Shown here: positions 40,538 to 50,039 of the stretch, piece after piece
Layout: each line of letters opens with the position of its first letter
How positions within the stretch are numbered: the first letter of the stretch is position 1
DNA from: Armatimonadota bacterium
GTDB lineage: Bacteria > Armatimonadota > HRBIN16
NCBI GenBank assembly: GCA_963677485.1
Contig: OY781964.1
Span: forward strand, 2,528,001-2,592,000
Direction: 5' to 3'
DNA: 64,000 nucleotides
Position numbers and translations under genes: made by a program
Notes under the pieces: model-generated
Seen by the model: the letters and a program-made list of their open reading frames with translations, nothing else
Databases searched by the model: none
What the model was told of the DNA's origin: nothing

Positions 40538-42175
40538 ATGGGAGATTCGCCACTTATGCCATCCACCACCATCTGCGTCAAGTGCCTCAGCAAGGGAGAT
40601 ATCATCTCCAAAAGTGCGGCAATATTGGGTCAGCAACTGAAGCAGCGCTGCAATATCAACGTCAGTCACTCAGGGAAGGCGGAGCTGAACGTGCAACTTC
40701 GGTTGAACCCAGAGCTTGGCATCAACGGATATGCGATCAGCCAGGAGGCCGCAACCATCACCATCGAAGGCGGCGACCAGCCCGGTGTGCTGTATGGTGT
40801 GGGAGGGTTCCTCAGAGACGGCACCTATCACAGCGATGGCTTTCAGCCTGGCCCCTGGTGCGGCCAGTCGACGCCCACACTGCCGGTGCGCGGTATCTAC
40901 TTTGCCACCCACTTTCACAACTTCTACCACGACGCACCGATTGAAGATGTGCAGCGGTATGTGGAGGAGCTGGCACTGTGGGGCGTGAACAGCCTGATGG
41001 TCTGGTTTGACATGCACCACTACCACGGCATCAACGACCCCGCCGCCCAGCAGATGATTCATCGGCTCCGCTTGATCCTGCAGACCGCGAAAGGCGTAGG
41101 TATGGGACGAGGTCTAGGGGTGATCGGTAATGAGGGATACGCCAACAGTCCTGTGGCGATGCGCTCCAAGGGGCCGGGTCGTGGCGGCTACTACGGTGTG
41201 GAAATCTGCCCCAACCAGCCGGGTGCGAAGCAGCAGATTGTGGGCCAGTTCCGCGAGCTGTTCGAGCAGTTTAAGGACATCGGCATCACCGATATGTGGA
41301 TATGGCCATACGATCAAGGCTCGTGCTCCTGTGAAAAGTGCCAGCCATGGGGCAGTAACGGCTTTTTGAGTATCGCCAAACCGGTGGCGGATCAGGCACG
41401 CAGCAGCTTCCCTGGTGTCAAAGTGTATCTTTCCACATGGTATTTCGATGAAACGGAGTGGCAGGGGTTAGCGGAGGCGTTCCGCGTGCGTCCGAACTGG
41501 CTGGATGCGCTCATCTCCGAGCCCGGCAGTGCCGCTTTCACCAAATCCTCCCCGGGTGGCTTGCCGGCTTTAGGTTTCCCTGAGATCAGCATGAACGGCA
41601 TGTGGCCATGGGGCGGGTTTGGCGCCAATCCTCAGCCTGCAGCCCTCCAGAGATATTGGGATGCCGTCGGGAAGCAGAGCATGGGGGGATACCCCTATTC
41701 AGAGGGCATCTTTGAGGACATCAACAAGGTCATCTGTGCTCAGCTTTACTGGAACCCCGACGCATCGATAGAAGATATTTTGAAGTCCTACATAGCTTAC
41801 GAGTTCAGCCCCGAGCTGCAGTCGGAGCTGTTGATGGTGTTGCATACGCTGGAGCAGAACCACCACTTCCGCGGGTGGCCGGGCCTGTTTGAGGACTATG
41901 AAGGCTGGTTCCCCACCAAAGGAATAGCCCCGCAATCGGACCCAGGTGCGGAAGCGGCTTATGAGGCAATCAAACAGGCCGACACGCAGCTAACGCCCTA
42001 CGCCAGGAAAAGCTGGCGCTGGCGTGTAGTTTATCTGCGCGTGCTGTTGGATGCCGAACTGAAGATGAATGGCGGCAAACCCAATCTTGCCTGCGAACGT
42101 GCCTTCAGGGAGCTGACGAAAATCTACCACGCGGAGAATGGGCAGATAGACGTCAAACCGCCGGCCGCAGGCTGA
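40538..42175 (+). CDS. Putative glycoside hydrolase with GH20/GH67-like N-terminal domain
   Basis: GYAI...TITIEGGDQPGVLYGVG, then VRGIYFATHFHN; WPYDQG. Confidence 0.65.
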   Translation: MGDSPLMPSTTICVKCLSKGDIISKSAAILGQQLKQRCNINVSHSGKAELNVQLRLNPELGINGYAISQEAATITIEGGDQPGVLYGVGGFLRDGTYHSDGFQPGPWCGQSTPTLPVRGIYFATHFHNFYHDAPIEDVQRYVEELALWGVNSLMVWFDMHHYHGINDPAAQQMIHRLRLILQTAKGVGMGRGLGVIGNEGYANSPVAMRSKGPGRGGYYGVEICPNQPGAKQQIVGQFRELFEQFKDIGITDMWIWPYDQGSCSCEKCQPWGSNGFLSIAKPVADQARSSFPGVKVYLSTWYFDETEWQGLAEAFRVRPNWLDALISEPGSAAFTKSSPGGLPALGFPEISMNGMWPWGGFGANPQPAALQRYWDAVGKQSMGGYPYSEGIFEDINKVICAQLYWNPDASIEDILKSYIAYEFSPELQSELLMVLHTLEQNHHFRGWPGLFEDYEGWFPTKGIAPQSDPGAEAAYEAIKQADTQLTPYARKSWRWRVVYLRVLLDAELKMNGGKPNLACERAFRELTKIYHAENGQIDVKPPAAG

Positions 42176-42284
42176 ATTATCGATGTCCACCGCCCGGCAG
42201 CTAGATCACATGCCGGGTCGATATTGGTCTGATCTGGCTGTTTGAAAAGCGTGAGCTGGGCGTTGTGTGTTAGACTAACCCTGA

Positions 42285-44102
42285 ATGCATCGCACGCATA
42301 CGCATCATTTCGAGTCACAGTTGAATAACAAAAGGTCTATAGATATAAATATTCCGCTATCTGTCATCTGGAGTTGGGATAGTCCGATCACGGCTGAACA
42401 AGCCGTCACGCAACTAGAAAGAATCGCTGAACTTGGGATCAAACAGGTGATGATCGAATGGTCTCCAGGTGCGGTTCCGTTCTGGAGCGATCGTTGGCAT
42501 AGTTGCTTCGAGGCCGTGCTGCATACGGCGCAGAGTATCGGGGTGCAAATCATACTCCGTGACGGCAACATGCCAGAGGACGACGCCTCCGAATGCTTGG
42601 CCGGGCGGCCAGGTGTCGCACGACATCTCAACCATAAGCTGATAATAGTCGGCCGCAATGAACGCCTCGTTGCCCCTCTGCCGATGGGTGATCTGGTGGG
42701 TGCCCGCGCATATGGCCTGGAGAACGGGCAGTTAAATGCGGAGAACAGTATCAACCTCGACCAGTTCGTGACCGGCAACCTGCTCGATTGGTATTGCTCG
42801 TTTGATTTGGCACTCATTACTGTGTTTTGCTCTGCGCTTGATGATGGCAATAGCTGCGATCAGTTCATATTTGATGATTTCCGGCTGCACTGCCTGGAAG
42901 CGAAGCTGGCGGAAATCCAGCGCCGCTACCAGGGTTATATGGGCAACACCCTCAGCGGCTGGGCCTTGACTGTGGCGGCCTGCCAGCATAGCCTCATATG
43001 GACGCCTCTCTTCCCTACCCAATTCGAGGATCGCACCGGTTACAACCTGGTAGACCATCTTGCGTTGCTGGTGCTAGAGGGAGCAGGATGTGAAACCATC
43101 CGCCGCGACTACCACGATGTGGCCGGTGATTTGATCATTGAAAACTTCCTGGAACCCAGCCGACGATGGATACGCAGTTGCGGGATCCGGCTTTACGGCG
43201 GCCTTAGTTGGGAAGAGAATGGGGACACTCTGGACAGCCTGTCGCTGAACCGGATGCGCCTGCTGAGGCACGTGGACAGTGCCCTGGTTGAGCAAATGCC
43301 GGAGCAACGGGACCTGCTCTCGATGTCGATGGCTTCAGCCGTCGCTGACCGAACTGAGTCTGTGCTGCGCGGAGCACTGAGCCAACCGATAACGGATTCG
43401 CTCACGCGCATACAGGAGTCATTAAAACTTGGGGCGGATTTGGTCTGGCTCGACTCCGTGGAAAGCAGCGACACCGAATCTGGGCTCATCGGCCTTCAGA
43501 GCATCATCAACGAGCTCCAATCCTCGGATCAGCTTGATGACCCAGCGGATTCCACCGGCATATATCATCCTAGCAAAACGCTGGCGGCTTACTCCGCGAT
43601 TTATGACCCGTTGAAAGGTCTACGCGAAAACCCAGCCATGGTTGCTGATGGTGATCGTGCCCGCCGAATGAACATTCAGTTGGAACAGATGTGCGAGATG
43701 ATGAACCAGAACAGCGTGAACGCGAAGATACTGGACACACCACTGCTATGCGGGCTGCAGGCATGTGATGGTGGTTATCTACAAGCCAGGCTGGGCGGCA
43801 TTCGTTATCGAAGCATCATATTGCCCGGCGTGCTGGTGGTCAGCCTGTCTGAACTGCTGTTACTGGAGGAGTTCGTCAGTAAGGGTGGATTGCTCATAGC
43901 ATGGGGATCACTGCCCACTCACAGTGCAGATACCGATGAGAGACATAGGCTGATGTCGTGTTGCCAGCGGCTTTTTGGTTGCGACACTAACCCCAAAGAG
44001 GCATGCAGTCATCCACATGGCTTAGGCAGATCGAACTTCATCCCTTTTGAGGCTGGTTCAGAAAAAGCGTGTATTCAGAATATGATCTCTATGGTCAGTT
44101 AG
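42285..44102 (+). CDS. Divergent GH106-like (alpha-L-rhamnosidase-like) protein
   Basis: WSW..PIT, FWSDRW, WTP.F..QF..R.GY.L, IRRDYHD..GDL..ENF and YRSIILPG; acidic motifs degenerate. Confidence 0.55.
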   Translation: MHRTHTHHFESQLNNKRSIDINIPLSVIWSWDSPITAEQAVTQLERIAELGIKQVMIEWSPGAVPFWSDRWHSCFEAVLHTAQSIGVQIILRDGNMPEDDASECLAGRPGVARHLNHKLIIVGRNERLVAPLPMGDLVGARAYGLENGQLNAENSINLDQFVTGNLLDWYCSFDLALITVFCSALDDGNSCDQFIFDDFRLHCLEAKLAEIQRRYQGYMGNTLSGWALTVAACQHSLIWTPLFPTQFEDRTGYNLVDHLALLVLEGAGCETIRRDYHDVAGDLIIENFLEPSRRWIRSCGIRLYGGLSWEENGDTLDSLSLNRMRLLRHVDSALVEQMPEQRDLLSMSMASAVADRTESVLRGALSQPITDSLTRIQESLKLGADLVWLDSVESSDTESGLIGLQSIINELQSSDQLDDPADSTGIYHPSKTLAAYSAIYDPLKGLRENPAMVADGDRARRMNIQLEQMCEMMNQNSVNAKILDTPLLCGLQACDGGYLQARLGGIRYRSIILPGVLVVSLSELLLLEEFVSKGGLLIAWGSLPTHSADTDERHRLMSCCQRLFGCDTNPKEACSHPHGLGRSNFIPFEAGSEKACIQNMISMVS

Positions 44103-44136
44103 CGAAATAACACCACAGCGACCATATCATGGCTAC

Positions 44137-45251
44137 CTACTTCTCCCACACGATCTTCACTGGATGCAGTTCGGTACACCAAAAAGCCCAGTTCAAGCCC
44201 GGATTCGCACTATACGCATATCCCAGATAGATGGGGCGTTTGGTGTCGATCTGCCCCTCCGGGTCGGCACTGATGCCGCAGTTCGATATCCATGTGCGCA
44301 GATTATGAGTTACATGGACGGGTTCACTCCAGGTGATCCCATCACGTGAGGTTCTCACAGCGATAAAGCTGTGATCAGTGAACCGGCTGGCGGTACTCAC
44401 GGCAATGAAGCATTTATATGCAGGAACGTACTTCACATCAGCACTATCTTCGGCATCTAGACGATCCCACGCGGCTCCAAAAAGCTTCAGCTTTGCGGGC
44501 CAGTTATCATCATCGGCAGGCGCGGTTGCCACCATGGTGCGGTCAATGCTCGCACTCTTGCCTCCTTGCCCTGGCCAGCTGCCAAGAGTGTAATAGATGA
44601 ACAGCCTCTTGCCCACGCGGACAAAGCTTGGTTCACCCGCACCCCACCACTTCACCGGGCTGTGAAATGAAACCAGCGGAACGGGGCTGGTGCCTCCCCA
44701 GCCTTTACCGTTCCATTTTGCGTATGGACCTGTGGGGCTGGTGCTGCGGGCCACGAACACTTCATTACGATTGCTCGGCATATTATCAACACCGGTCGTG
44801 CCCAGGTAGTAATATGATCCCAGCTTGATCACGCCAGGGTCGCAGGTGCTGTATTTTTCGCGTGAACTGGGGACGGGCCTGAGAACTACTGTCTCTGGGC
44901 CGGTCGGCTTGCCGTCGGCACTCAGCTTTTGGTGCCGGATCCAGTCCCACTGCCAGTACATTCCATCGACCACACCTTCGTATGGGTATGCCTCACCGAA
45001 CAGTTTTGCGCCGGCGAAATCAGTAGCCGCATTGTCATCTACCGAGCCGCCAGGGGCCGAAAAGAAGGCATCGATGCTGCCGTCTGGATTCATCAGCATG
45101 GTGGGACCATATCGGTATAGCCCTCCAAAAGTCACTTTTGAGGGGTCGAATATGGTCCAGCCCGGCCCCGCTTCTATGGTCAGACGACGGATGGGTGTAG
45201 GATGAGTGCTCTTGGCGACATCGCCCATGGCATGACCGCTTAGCGATAACC
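44137..45251 (-). pseudogene. Secreted five-bladed beta-propeller glycosidase (GH43/GH32 clan-like): 3' part of a gene interrupted by IS110
   Basis: YGP, TCDPGVIK, WGAGEPS and EDSADVK motifs; the 5' part lies at 47457-47520. Confidence 0.85.
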
Positions 45252-45350
45252 AGGCACCCGCCCGTAGGGGAACAACGACACAAAGACCGTCCCAAGGGGC
45301 GGGCACGTGAAGGATCACGTGCCTTTGCCCTGGGTTTACTGCACTTCATC

Positions 45351-45701
45351 TTAGAAGTTGCTTGGTTCTAAGGAGTTACGCGTTAGCGTATAGCGTGGTG
45401 TGCCGTTGAAAGTGCGCACACCAATAGTGACTGGCCAAAACACATCCCATCCAATAGAAGTGTATTCCTTCGGTGCCCACTCAGATACACAGTAAGTGGT
45501 GTCACCTGCAAGTATTTTGTAGTCCACCACTTCCCGTTGATCGTTGCCAACATATCTGCGATTGCGTCCAACAACTACCCCTGCAAGCATAAGGCCTTGA
45601 TGGACTGAACTCGTCGTGTCTAGGTTTTCCACGGATGTTTCACTACTAAACTCGTGGGTTGTCACGTGTGCAATCGTCTCGTTGGTTTTCGGGTCTATCA
45701 T
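45351..45701 (-). CDS. Small beta-rich passenger protein, putative OB-fold ssDNA-binding protein
   Basis: 116 aa; ATGA overlap with the recombinase stop; LAGVVVGRNRRY..EVVDYKIL..YCVSEW..IGWDVFWPVTIGVRTF strand pattern. Confidence 0.65.
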   Translation of the reverse strand: MIDPKTNETIAHVTTHEFSSETSVENLDTTSSVHQGLMLAGVVVGRNRRYVGNDQREVVDYKILAGDTTYCVSEWAPKEYTSIGWDVFWPVTIGVRTFNGTPRYTLTRNSLEPSNF

Positions 45702-47119
45702 TTCTTTACGTGGGGCTGAAGGATTACCTTCACGTGCATCAGGCATTTTTCGCCAACTCCTCTAATTTGTGATAGTGCTCCTGAATCGTAGGCTTTACCT
45801 AGTTCATCGGCAGTGCTGTAGTGTGATAGTAGCTTCGCGTAACGGCCATATTCATCCACAGTGAGAACTTTACCGTCATAGCGAGTAGGCTCGAAGTAAG
45901 TGTATAGTTCGTATTTGAACATCTCACCTCGGTTGCTGACGTGATACGATGCCTCGATCATACGTCGGGCTACCGCACCACATGCCTTTTTGAAACCTCC
46001 TTTCTTCTGTCGTTTCCACATATTGTATCCCCAGTTACCCAGCGCTTCCTTGGGTCTGGCAATGAGGATTTGTGCGGCATGAGTGAGTGCTGAGTGTAAC
46101 TTTTGATTCCCTCCACGCCTGGCCTGTGAGGTGACTTTACCTGCGCTGACCTTCAGGCTGGGGTCACAGCCGGCATATGCGGCTAGAGCCTTCGCATTTG
46201 GAAATCGCGTGGGGGTGATTACTTCCGTCATCCAGTAGAGGGTACTGAGTGGGCCGAAACCGGGGATGGAGAGCAGCAGCTCTTTCAATCGGGTTCCATT
46301 GACAATTTCACCCGTTCCCAGAGTAAACTCTGTTGTGTCAGCGGTTTTCTGGGCGATCTGTTCATACTTCTTGACTTTACTAATCGCATCGTCGTATTCT
46401 TTATACAGTTCATAGAAAACGGGTCTAACGGTTGGTGGGATGCCATCAGGGCACACACCGTTAGATCGAACAGGCCTATCCTCAAGCAAGTCTTGAATGA
46501 TGGCTCGGCCACGTGATGACACTACGGGGTCTTCTGCGCCTATGGTGTGCCCGTATCGCAGCAGAAAATTATTGATGCGGTTTGAGGCTCGAAGTGCCAT
46601 TCTTTTGGCGTCTTCGCGCATGTTTAGAAATATACGCAGCGTTTGTATGGGCATGGGTGCCAGGTATGATACCGGCCACATGCCAGTGATGGCATGGTAT
46701 GCCAACAGCCGAGAGTCCAGTACATCCGTTTTACGTCTGGACGGGCTAGCGAGTAACGGATTGACCACCGATGGGATACCACCAAATGCCCTGATGATGG
46801 GCAGGTGATATGTGCCGGTGCTCTCTATTGTGTATGCCAGACCGTGACTGTCAAGGGTATCTATGGCATCTTGATCGCCATATTTGAGTATGGTTTCTAT
46901 ACACCAATCTCGTGCTTGACAGAGTTGGTTCCATGAGGTAGTAAACTGCTGTTCGTGGCGTTTTACCCCATTTTCATTCCTGACATTGACACAAACTTGA
47001 ATGAAGCGCGAATGACAGTCAATACCCACACCAAATGCCTTAAGGCTATATGCTTCTACCGCATCCTCTTGTTGAGAGGGGTCGGTGAACGAATCTCCTA
47101 TTCGTGGTATATCCGACAT
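45698..47119 (-). CDS. IS110-family DEDD recombinase with a C-terminal HhH/alpha-CTD-like extension
   Basis: GIDCH, IESTG, RKTDVLDS and AGCDPSLKVSAGK; tail ALSQIRGVGEKCLMHVKVIL. Confidence 0.93.
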   Translation of the reverse strand: MSDIPRIGDSFTDPSQQEDAVEAYSLKAFGVGIDCHSRFIQVCVNVRNENGVKRHEQQFTTSWNQLCQARDWCIETILKYGDQDAIDTLDSHGLAYTIESTGTYHLPIIRAFGGIPSVVNPLLASPSRRKTDVLDSRLLAYHAITGMWPVSYLAPMPIQTLRIFLNMREDAKRMALRASNRINNFLLRYGHTIGAEDPVVSSRGRAIIQDLLEDRPVRSNGVCPDGIPPTVRPVFYELYKEYDDAISKVKKYEQIAQKTADTTEFTLGTGEIVNGTRLKELLLSIPGFGPLSTLYWMTEVITPTRFPNAKALAAYAGCDPSLKVSAGKVTSQARRGGNQKLHSALTHAAQILIARPKEALGNWGYNMWKRQKKGGFKKACGAVARRMIEASYHVSNRGEMFKYELYTYFEPTRYDGKVLTVDEYGRYAKLLSHYSTADELGKAYDSGALSQIRGVGEKCLMHVKVILQPHVKK

Positions 47120-47197
47120 GTTGTTATCGTCGCCCCCTTATGCGCAGCCTGGTTAACAGTAGTCACGCTACTATTGAATATACGGCGCTGTGTAATA

Positions 47198-47226
47198 ATT
47201 ATGGTGTATATATTTCTACGTGTCAA
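47198..47226 (-). promoter_or_regulatory. Near-consensus sigma70 promoter for the leader RNA and recombinase
   Basis: TTGACA-17 bp-CATAAT with an A/T-rich upstream tract. Confidence 0.8.
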
Positions 47227-47279
47227 GGCTTTTTTACTAAATTTCAAGATATTTTTTCAAAATTTTTCGAAATTGGGTT

Positions 47280-47309
47280 TTGACACACTTTTTAGTCGAT
47301 AGTGACAAT
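47280..47309 (+). promoter_or_regulatory. Putative divergent promoter facing the element end
   Basis: TTGACA-18 bp-GACAAT. Confidence 0.45.
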
Positions 47310-47456
47310 AATTCGGTCGTATGGACCAAAATCGGCTTAGGTTTCTTTGAGGTATATTGCTGTGCTGTTCGGCGAAATGAGGTGTTTTTGCGGGCGGATT
47401 TGCCTAAACGGGTACGTACATTAATGTATAGTACGTACACTGTATATAGTCTTTAT

Positions 47457-47520
47457 AGGAGAAGCTGCACACCAACGCAGTGATGAGAAACTGTATGAGT
47501 TTGCGAATACCTGTCGTCAT
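47457..47520 (-). pseudogene. 5' fragment (signal peptide) of the interrupted glycosidase
   Basis: ATG after GAAGGGA encodes MTTGIRKLIQFLITALVCSFS and joins in frame to WLSLSGHAMG at 45252. Confidence 0.85.
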
Positions 47521-47708
47521 TTTGAGCTGATCCCTTCTGAATGCGAGACGGGGCATACTATTGATTCTCAGTATACAGCCTTAGCAGCACCGCGTGTCCC
47601 TTGCATGAGCAGTTGGTTATGTGCAAGAATCGGGTGATGCGGAACTGATGCGACTATAAATACAGCAATATCCAGCATACCGGAACTGATGAAATAGAGG
47701 ACAACTTA

Positions 47709-48692
47709 ATGAGTGCAATGACTTCCCGCGAACGAGTGCAATGTGTTTTGAACGGCGGAAAGCCTGACCGCGTACCGTTCAACTTCTGGATGGACCGCGA
47801 CATCATGGCCCGACTTGATGCGAAGTGGGGGGCGGACTTCCGGCTGACCCACTACGGTGTGGATGTGATCGAAGCCTTCGCAACGCTTCCTTTCTGGTGG
47901 ACAGTACCGCCCAAAATGGTGCATGACGCCATCACCTCATGGCAGGTGGAGCCCATCATCGATGACATTCGCAAAGCGCTGGATCTGCCCTTACCCACAC
48001 AACAGCACATCGATGCGGTGACCCTGGACATCGAGGCGAAGCGTGCAGCCAACCCGGATAAGGCGATCTTTGCCCTCACATTAGCTCCGCTGGATATCAT
48101 CTTCCCTCTACGCCTGATGGAAGGCGCGATGATCGATATGATGGATTACCCCGATGAGTTACATGAGGTGCTCAGGCGGTACCGGAGCATCATGATCCCT
48201 GCCATGGAGAAGGTCTGCGCATCCGATATCGATGTGTTGTATCTGGCGGGTGATATTTGCAGCGTGAACGGGCCGATGATCTCACCGAAGCTTCTGCGTG
48301 AGTTCCATTTCGAGTATATGAAGGAACTGGTTGATATCGCCCATGCGGCCGGGAAGAAGGTTCTCTATCACACCGATGGCCGGCAGAACCATCTGTGGCC
48401 GATGTTCATGGAATACGGCTTTAACGGCGTGAACCCCGTGGAGGCGCGTTACCACGACTACAACGACTTCGTGGCCGATACGCGGGGAAAGCTCACGTTG
48501 TATGGCGGTCTAGATAACTGCAACGTCATCCCCAACGGCACCGTGGACGAAGTGCGTGCTCAGGTGCGCAGCGTATTCGACATCGTGGGTAAGAACGGCG
48601 GGCTGATCTTCAGCTCACACGACATCCCCTCCTGCGTTCCGATGGAGAACCTCGACGCCATGGTGGATGAGATCAAGAGCTGCACTTATTAG
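47709..48692 (+). CDS. Uroporphyrinogen decarboxylase / MtaA-like family protein
   Basis: MTSRERV...KPDRVP, GPMISP, YHTDG, GGLIFSSH. Confidence 0.88.
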   Translation: MSAMTSRERVQCVLNGGKPDRVPFNFWMDRDIMARLDAKWGADFRLTHYGVDVIEAFATLPFWWTVPPKMVHDAITSWQVEPIIDDIRKALDLPLPTQQHIDAVTLDIEAKRAANPDKAIFALTLAPLDIIFPLRLMEGAMIDMMDYPDELHEVLRRYRSIMIPAMEKVCASDIDVLYLAGDICSVNGPMISPKLLREFHFEYMKELVDIAHAAGKKVLYHTDGRQNHLWPMFMEYGFNGVNPVEARYHDYNDFVADTRGKLTLYGGLDNCNVIPNGTVDEVRAQVRSVFDIVGKNGGLIFSSHDIPSCVPMENLDAMVDEIKSCTY

Positions 48693-48764
48693 GTTGCCGG
48701 CTTGAGGCATAAAATGGGTATCATGTGGGAAATACGGATGGCTAACGCGAGTCAGCCATCCGTC

Positions 48765-50039
48765 TCATGCATCGTCAAACAGCCGGAACGGCCGCTTGAA
48801 TCCGTCTTTTGTCTTTTCCAGTTTGTCGGCATCGACCAGACGCTTGATCCAGTCTTTCGCGTGGGCTTTTGGGATGCTCAGCCGTTCCGCAACGGCCACT
48901 TCGGTGATTAGCCCTGGCATCGCGAGTATCAACTCAGATACCAGCTTGAATAACTGTATGGCCGCACTATCATCTTCTGAAGTCACCGAAGTTGTAATAG
49001 TTGGTGCTTGCTGGTACGGCGTCGCAGGCTCCCGTAATACAGCCAAGTCACCTACCGGCAGCTCAGGTTGAACAACCTCAGGTTTCGCAGGATTTTTGAG
49101 TGCTTCTGTCAGCGCATCAGAGTCGTTGGGGTTGGGCCAATCCACCGCCCCCTTGGCCTTGAGCGCCTGAAGGGCCCCGCCAGCATCGCTGGCAGCCCTG
49201 ACATATACGGTGATGCCCGTCCCTTTTTTATTTTTGGTAAGCTGCTCCACCGCCCCAGCCCAGGTACCGCCCTTTTCCAGGTCGCAGTTTACCACCAGCG
49301 CGGCGTCTGCTAGTGCATATACCAATTTGTTGCGTTGCATGGCATTGCCAGCATTAAATCCGGCCTTTGGGTCATATGGTGACATGAGCAGCAGTTGCCC
49401 ATCCATGATCGCCTGCCGGTGGCTGGTGTTCAACACAGACCGCTCCATACTGTCCGCGAGCACCCCGACCACCATTCCACCCCGCTCCAACCCGCCGCGC
49501 ATCGCCGACTGGTCAACCCCCCTGGCACCGCCAGAGACCACAGTACACCCCGAACGGGCGGCCAGGCGGCCGATCTCTTCAGTCCATTCCAATATCTCAT
49601 CATCGACGTGGCGTGAGCCCACAATCGCCAGTCCGCCGGTTTCACACAACGCGATGTCTCCGCAGCCGTATATGACCGGCGGAGCATTATGGTTCAACCT
49701 GTTGATGTAACGGCTTGGATAACCCTCATCGCCTTCAGAGACCACCCGGATGTTCAGTGCCCCCCAGCGTTCCAGAACCTGGGTCAGAAGGAAACCGCGT
49801 CCTAGTAACTGGTGAACTCGGCTTACATCGATGTCTTGCTGACATCCCAGCTCCACCAGATCATACACGCCGGGCTCGAGAAGTGCTTGCAGTTGGTATC
49901 CCCGTTCGGTCAGACGGCCGCCGAATCGGCGATATTCGCCCGGTGACAGCAGTTTTGCCTCGGGATCGGTGCGGCTAAGTATCAGTGGAGCGGTTAACAG
50001 CAGGGCTGCCTTGGTGTTTTGTGTCGGTGACATCATCAA
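48765..50039 (-). CDS. DprA-domain protein (RqlI-like)
   Basis: [30 protein letters not shown]; wHTH-like C-terminus. Confidence 0.9.
   Translation of the reverse strand: MMMSPTQNTKAALLLTAPLILSRTDPEAKLLSPGEYRRFGGRLTERGYQLQALLEPGVYDLVELGCQQDIDVSRVHQLLGRGFLLTQVLERWGALNIRVVSEGDEGYPSRYINRLNHNAPPVIYGCGDIALCETGGLAIVGSRHVDDEILEWTEEIGRLAARSGCTVVSGGARGVDQSAMRGGLERGGMVVGVLADSMERSVLNTSHRQAIMDGQLLLMSPYDPKAGFNAGNAMQRNKLVYALADAALVVNCDLEKGGTWAGAVEQLTKNKKGTGITVYVRAASDAGGALQALKAKGAVDWPNPNDSDALTEALKNPAKPEVVQPELPVGDLAVLREPATPYQQAPTITTSVTSEDDSAAIQLFKLVSELILAMPGLITEVAVAERLSIPKAHAKDWIKRLVDADKLEKTKDGFKRPFRLFDDA

Larger units (their letters stand above)
45252..47459 (-). mobile_element. Atypical two-gene IS110-family element with CCT repeated at both ends
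   Basis: AGG at 45252-45254 and 47457-47459; excision restores an in-frame signal peptide; visibly AT-richer than its flanks. Confidence 0.88.

Noticed and set aside
45255-45318. ORF-track start (MILHVPAPW) for the beta-propeller glycosidase
   Set aside because: This is IS right-end sequence; the real N-terminus is at 47520
47123-47129. Second match (GTTATCG) between the IS leader and the target flank
   Set aside because: A 7-mer next to the RBS and outside the loop structure; compatible with chance
47460-47700. TIGR-like / box C/D guide array next to the IS110 protein
   Set aside because: TGATGA/CTGA words show no regular period; the region is outside the element, and 47457-47520 is the host gene's 5' end
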